The position numbers and the translations under genes are program-made. Source: an uncultured Solirubrobacterales bacterium (GTDB lineage Bacteria > Actinomycetota > Thermoleophilia > Solirubrobacterales > Solirubrobacteraceae). From it: a DNA stretch of 64,000 nucleotides. Under the pieces are notes generated by a model. The model did no database searches and was not told where the DNA came from. It worked only from the letters and a program-made list of their open reading frames with translations. The stretch lies in assembly GCA_963777185.1 (NCBI GenBank), contig CAVZPU010000003.1, forward strand, positions 12,865 to 76,864, in the 5' to 3' direction. Positions within the stretch are counted from its first letter, which is position 1, and the number at the start of each line of letters is the position of its first letter. Below, one piece after another: positions 61,051 to 64,000 of this stretch.

Positions 61051-62190
61051 TCAAGCCGCCGGCTTGAGGATCACCTTGGTGTAACCGTCCACGCGCCTGT
61101 CGAACTTGTCGTACGCATCCGGGGCTTCGGTGAGCGAAACCTCGTTGGAGACGATCAAGCTCGGCTCGGCCCGCCCGGCGACGATGAGGTCGCGCAGGTG
61201 GCGGTTGTAGCGCTTGACGTTGCACTGACCGGTGGCCAAGGCGAGCCCCTTCTCGAAGAACTTGCCAAACGACAGCGAGAGCTGGCCTTCCTGCGCGTGG
61301 GGGTCCTTGGCCCCCGGGTCCGCGGGCACGTACAGGCCGGGGATGCCGATCTTGCCCGTGGGGTTGACGACCTCGATGAGGCCCTCGAGGACGGCGTTGG
61401 GCTGCTCCTCATCGCCGTCGGAACCGATGGCCTGGTAACCGACGGCGTCGATGCCCTTCATCACGCCGTCGCCATCACGCATGTCCTTGATCTGCTCGGC
61501 GGGATCGCCCTTGGAGAAGTCGATCGGCACGCACCCGATCTCCTCGGCCTTCTTGAGGCGGTCCTCCACGCGATCGACCACGTAGACAACGGACGCCCCC
61601 CGGATGAGGCAGCTGTAGGCGGACATGATTCCCACCGGGCCCGCTCCGAACACCGCCACGGTCTCCCCCGGGCGCACATCGGCGATCTCCGCCCCGTGAT
61701 AGCCGGTGGGGAAGATGTCGGAGAGCATGGCGAAGTCGGCCTCGTGCTCGTCGCCCTCGGGGAGCTCGAGACAGTTGAAGTCGGCGAAGGGCACGCGCAG
61801 ATACTCGGCCTGGCCGCCGCGGTAGGGGCCCATGCTCACATAGCCATAGGCGCCGCCGGCAAAGCCGGGATTGACGGTCAGGCAGAAGCCTGTGTAGCCA
61901 CGCTCACAGTTGAAACAGAACCCGCAGCCGATATTGAAGGGCATGTTGACGCGGTCGCCCTTTTTGACCCGGACACAGGCCTCGCCGACTTCCTCGACGA
62001 TGCCCTGGTTCTCGTGGCCGAAGACGAGGCCGGACTCCGCCCCCGTGCGGCCCTCGTACATGTGCAGATCTGAGCCGCAGATGCAGGTGGAGGTGATGCG
62101 GACGATGGCGTCGGTGGGCGCCTCGATCCTCGGATCCTCAACCTCCTCAACCTGGACGTCGTACGGTTCTTTGTAGACGACCGCTTTCAT
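61051..62190 (-). CDS. Glutathione-independent formaldehyde dehydrogenase-like Zn alcohol dehydrogenase
   Basis: CGSDLHMY, GHE, CGFCFNC...C, GGQAEYLRVP, SDIFPTGYH, GAGPVG. Confidence 0.9.
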   Translation of the reverse strand: MKAVVYKEPYDVQVEEVEDPRIEAPTDAIVRITSTCICGSDLHMYEGRTGAESGLVFGHENQGIVEEVGEACVRVKKGDRVNMPFNIGCGFCFNCERGYTGFCLTVNPGFAGGAYGYVSMGPYRGGQAEYLRVPFADFNCLELPEGDEHEADFAMLSDIFPTGYHGAEIADVRPGETVAVFGAGPVGIMSAYSCLIRGASVVYVVDRVEDRLKKAEEIGCVPIDFSKGDPAEQIKDMRDGDGVMKGIDAVGYQAIGSDGDEEQPNAVLEGLIEVVNPTGKIGIPGLYVPADPGAKDPHAQEGQLSLSFGKFFEKGLALATGQCNVKRYNRHLRDLIVAGRAEPSLIVSNEVSLTEAPDAYDKFDRRVDGYTKVILKPAA

Positions 62191-62370
62191 CAGGAGCCTC
62201 CCTCCTCTGGGACCGGATGCTTTGAGGGCTACCCGGCCCGCCGCCATCCGCCCCGCCCCGCCCCGCCCCGCGGTCGACGCCCATACCGCCCCCGCGGTTT
62301 CTCAACAACGTATTTAGGCTTTTCTAAACGCAATCCGGGTAGCACCCGTGCGACTTCGACCAGGAGGACC

Positions 62371-62790
62371 ATGCCGACCGTTCACCAATCCATCGCCGTC
62401 AGCGTCCCGCTCACCACCGCCTATCAGCAGTGGACCCGGTTTGAGGAGTTCCCCGAGTTCATGGCCGACGTGGATGAAGTCCGCTGGCTCGATGACACGC
62501 GCCTGCACTGGGTGGCGGGCACTGGTGGCCGGCGGCGCGAGTGGGAGACCGAGATCGTCGAGCGGGCACCGGAGGAGCGGGTGACATGGCGCCACGTCGA
62601 TGGCAGCCAGACGGCGTCGGTGACCTTTCAGCGCATCCACGAGGGGCGCACGCGGCTCATGATGGAGCTCGACTTCCGGCCTGAAGGGGTCGTCGAGCAG
62701 GTCAGCTCGGCCCTTGGCTCACCCGAGCGCCGGATCCGCCGCGACCTCGAGGCCTTCAAGGACTTCGTCGAGACCCGGGAGCGGTGGTGA
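62371..62790 (+). CDS. SRPBCC (polyketide cyclase-like) protein
   Basis: AYQQWTRFEEFPEFM, LHW, DLEAFKDFVE; AGGAGG SD. Confidence 0.9.
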   Translation: MPTVHQSIAVSVPLTTAYQQWTRFEEFPEFMADVDEVRWLDDTRLHWVAGTGGRRREWETEIVERAPEERVTWRHVDGSQTASVTFQRIHEGRTRLMMELDFRPEGVVEQVSSALGSPERRIRRDLEAFKDFVETRERW

Positions 62791-62811
62791 TGACCGACGG
62801 GTGCGTCGCGG

Positions 62812-64000
62812 CTACCCCGCGCCGCCGCCCGCCGCGGCAGCCAGAAACTGCAGCCCGTTGATGCCGGGCACGAAGAAGTACTCGCCGCCCTTGACCGTCA
62901 CCACACGCTCGAGGGGACCGAGGAAGAACGGCGGCTGGCCGGGGACGGTCATCTTGGCCGGCGGGGCTCCGTCCTGGGGACCGACCACGACGTCCTGGTC
63001 CTCACCCAGGCTCAGGGAGTTCCCGCCGTTGAGCCATTGCGTCTGGACGAACTCGAACTGGCGCTGGATGCTGGCCTGCAGACACGAGAAGTGAATCCCG
63101 CGATCGGCGCCGTCGTCGTCGGCCCCGCCGGGCAGCGGCGGACCGTAGGGGATGCTGCGGCGGATGAGCCGGTGGCGGTTGACCAACCTGCCCTCGAAGG
63201 GCAGGCTGCGGCGCGGGTTTGACCGGCGCACGTGCGCGCCCACCGGGCAGCGCAGGCCGCCGGTGTCATCGCCGTAGTCAAACGCGTTGTTGCGCCCCGG
63301 GTCGGCGGCCAGCTCGGGCTGGGAGCGATAGGGCGAGACGTCGAGCGGTGTCCCGTCGCGCCAGCGACCGACGACCTTGGCCGCCAGGAGCTCCTCGCCG
63401 CCGGCAAAGAGCGGAGCCGCCGCGGTCAGCCGCCGCCGGAAGGCGGCCACGTCCTGGTGAAGCTTGCGATACACGAGGTAGGAGCCGTTGCGGCTCAGCT
63501 CGTCGGGCGGGGGCGCGGGCGCCAGCACGTTCTCCTCGTCCGGATAGCCGAGGATGAACTCCCCGGCGCGGATCGGCCGCCAGCCCCCGTTTCCCAGCGG
63601 GGCACCCTGGCCCGGGCGGGCCGGGACATCGGCACCCTCGATGGCCGGCTGACCGAAGCCGTCGGCATAGCCGAAGTGCTCGCGTCCCCCGGGCAGCGCC
63701 CTACCGAGGTCGTCGTAGATCACCGTCAGGCCGCGCAGCCCGGCCCGCAGGCGGGCATCGTGGGCGGCCAGGGCCGCCTCGTCGCGGGCGCTGATCATCA
63801 CCAGCACGTGGATGTCGGGCAAGCCCAGGCCTCCCTCCCACCAGCGTGGGGCACTCGGGCCGCTGTCGCCGAGCAGATCCGCCCGCGCGGCCATCCCCTG
63901 CCGGAACTCCTCCGGAAAACCGGCCAGCGAGGCGTCGGGCAACTGCAGCGTGCGCAGACCGGCGTAGCTGAGGGCGAGGTTCACCCCCGAGGCCGGCTTG
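62812..64000 (-). CDS. Dyp-type peroxidase (5' part outside the window)
   Basis: EHFGYADGFGQP, NGSYLVYRKLHQ, CPVGAHVRRSNPR, HRLIRRSIPYG, QFEFVQ. Confidence 0.92.
   Translation of the reverse strand, partial: KPASGVNLALSYAGLRTLQLPDASLAGFPEEFRQGMAARADLLGDSGPSAPRWWEGGLGLPDIHVLVMISARDEAALAAHDARLRAGLRGLTVIYDDLGRALPGGREHFGYADGFGQPAIEGADVPARPGQGAPLGNGGWRPIRAGEFILGYPDEENVLAPAPPPDELSRNGSYLVYRKLHQDVAAFRRRLTAAAPLFAGGEELLAAKVVGRWRDGTPLDVSPYRSQPELAADPGRNNAFDYGDDTGGLRCPVGAHVRRSNPRRSLPFEGRLVNRHRLIRRSIPYGPPLPGGADDDGADRGIHFSCLQASIQRQFEFVQTQWLNGGNSLSLGEDQDVVVGPQDGAPPAKMTVPGQPPFFLGPLERVVTVKGGEYFFVPGINGLQFLAAAAGGGAG

Noticed and set aside
61051-62190. Formaldehyde sink for the demethylation operon
   Set aside because: 40 kb away, with a stress-type promoter and no shared operator seen.

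Overview
High-GC actinobacterial DNA. Gene content suggests Thermoleophilia/Solirubrobacterales (inference). It is mostly housekeeping, stress and catabolic genes, with one tRNA-Asp, a c-di-AMP (ydaO) riboswitch before an Rpf-like gene, and several families of intergenic palindromic repeats. No CRISPR, integrase or transposase was seen. Many genes carry 1-bp indels (densest at about 17-21.6 kb and 31-42 kb), most likely assembly errors, so several CDS calls are stitched across frames with approximate ends. The best candidate for a new system is a LacI-regulated operon at 16.9-21.6 kb: amidohydrolase, cysteine-dioxygenase-like enzyme, sarcosine-oxidase-like flavoprotein and a BHMT-clade methyltransferase. 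It looks like oxidative ergothioneine degradation extended by a hercynine demethylation branch (inference). A second, divergent amidohydrolase/dioxygenase pair lies at 33.8-35.3 kb. Also notable are a DUF6817-TPR-AspH hydroxylase fusion, a Thr-rich collagen-like locus and a ~120-bp dispersed bipartite repeat.
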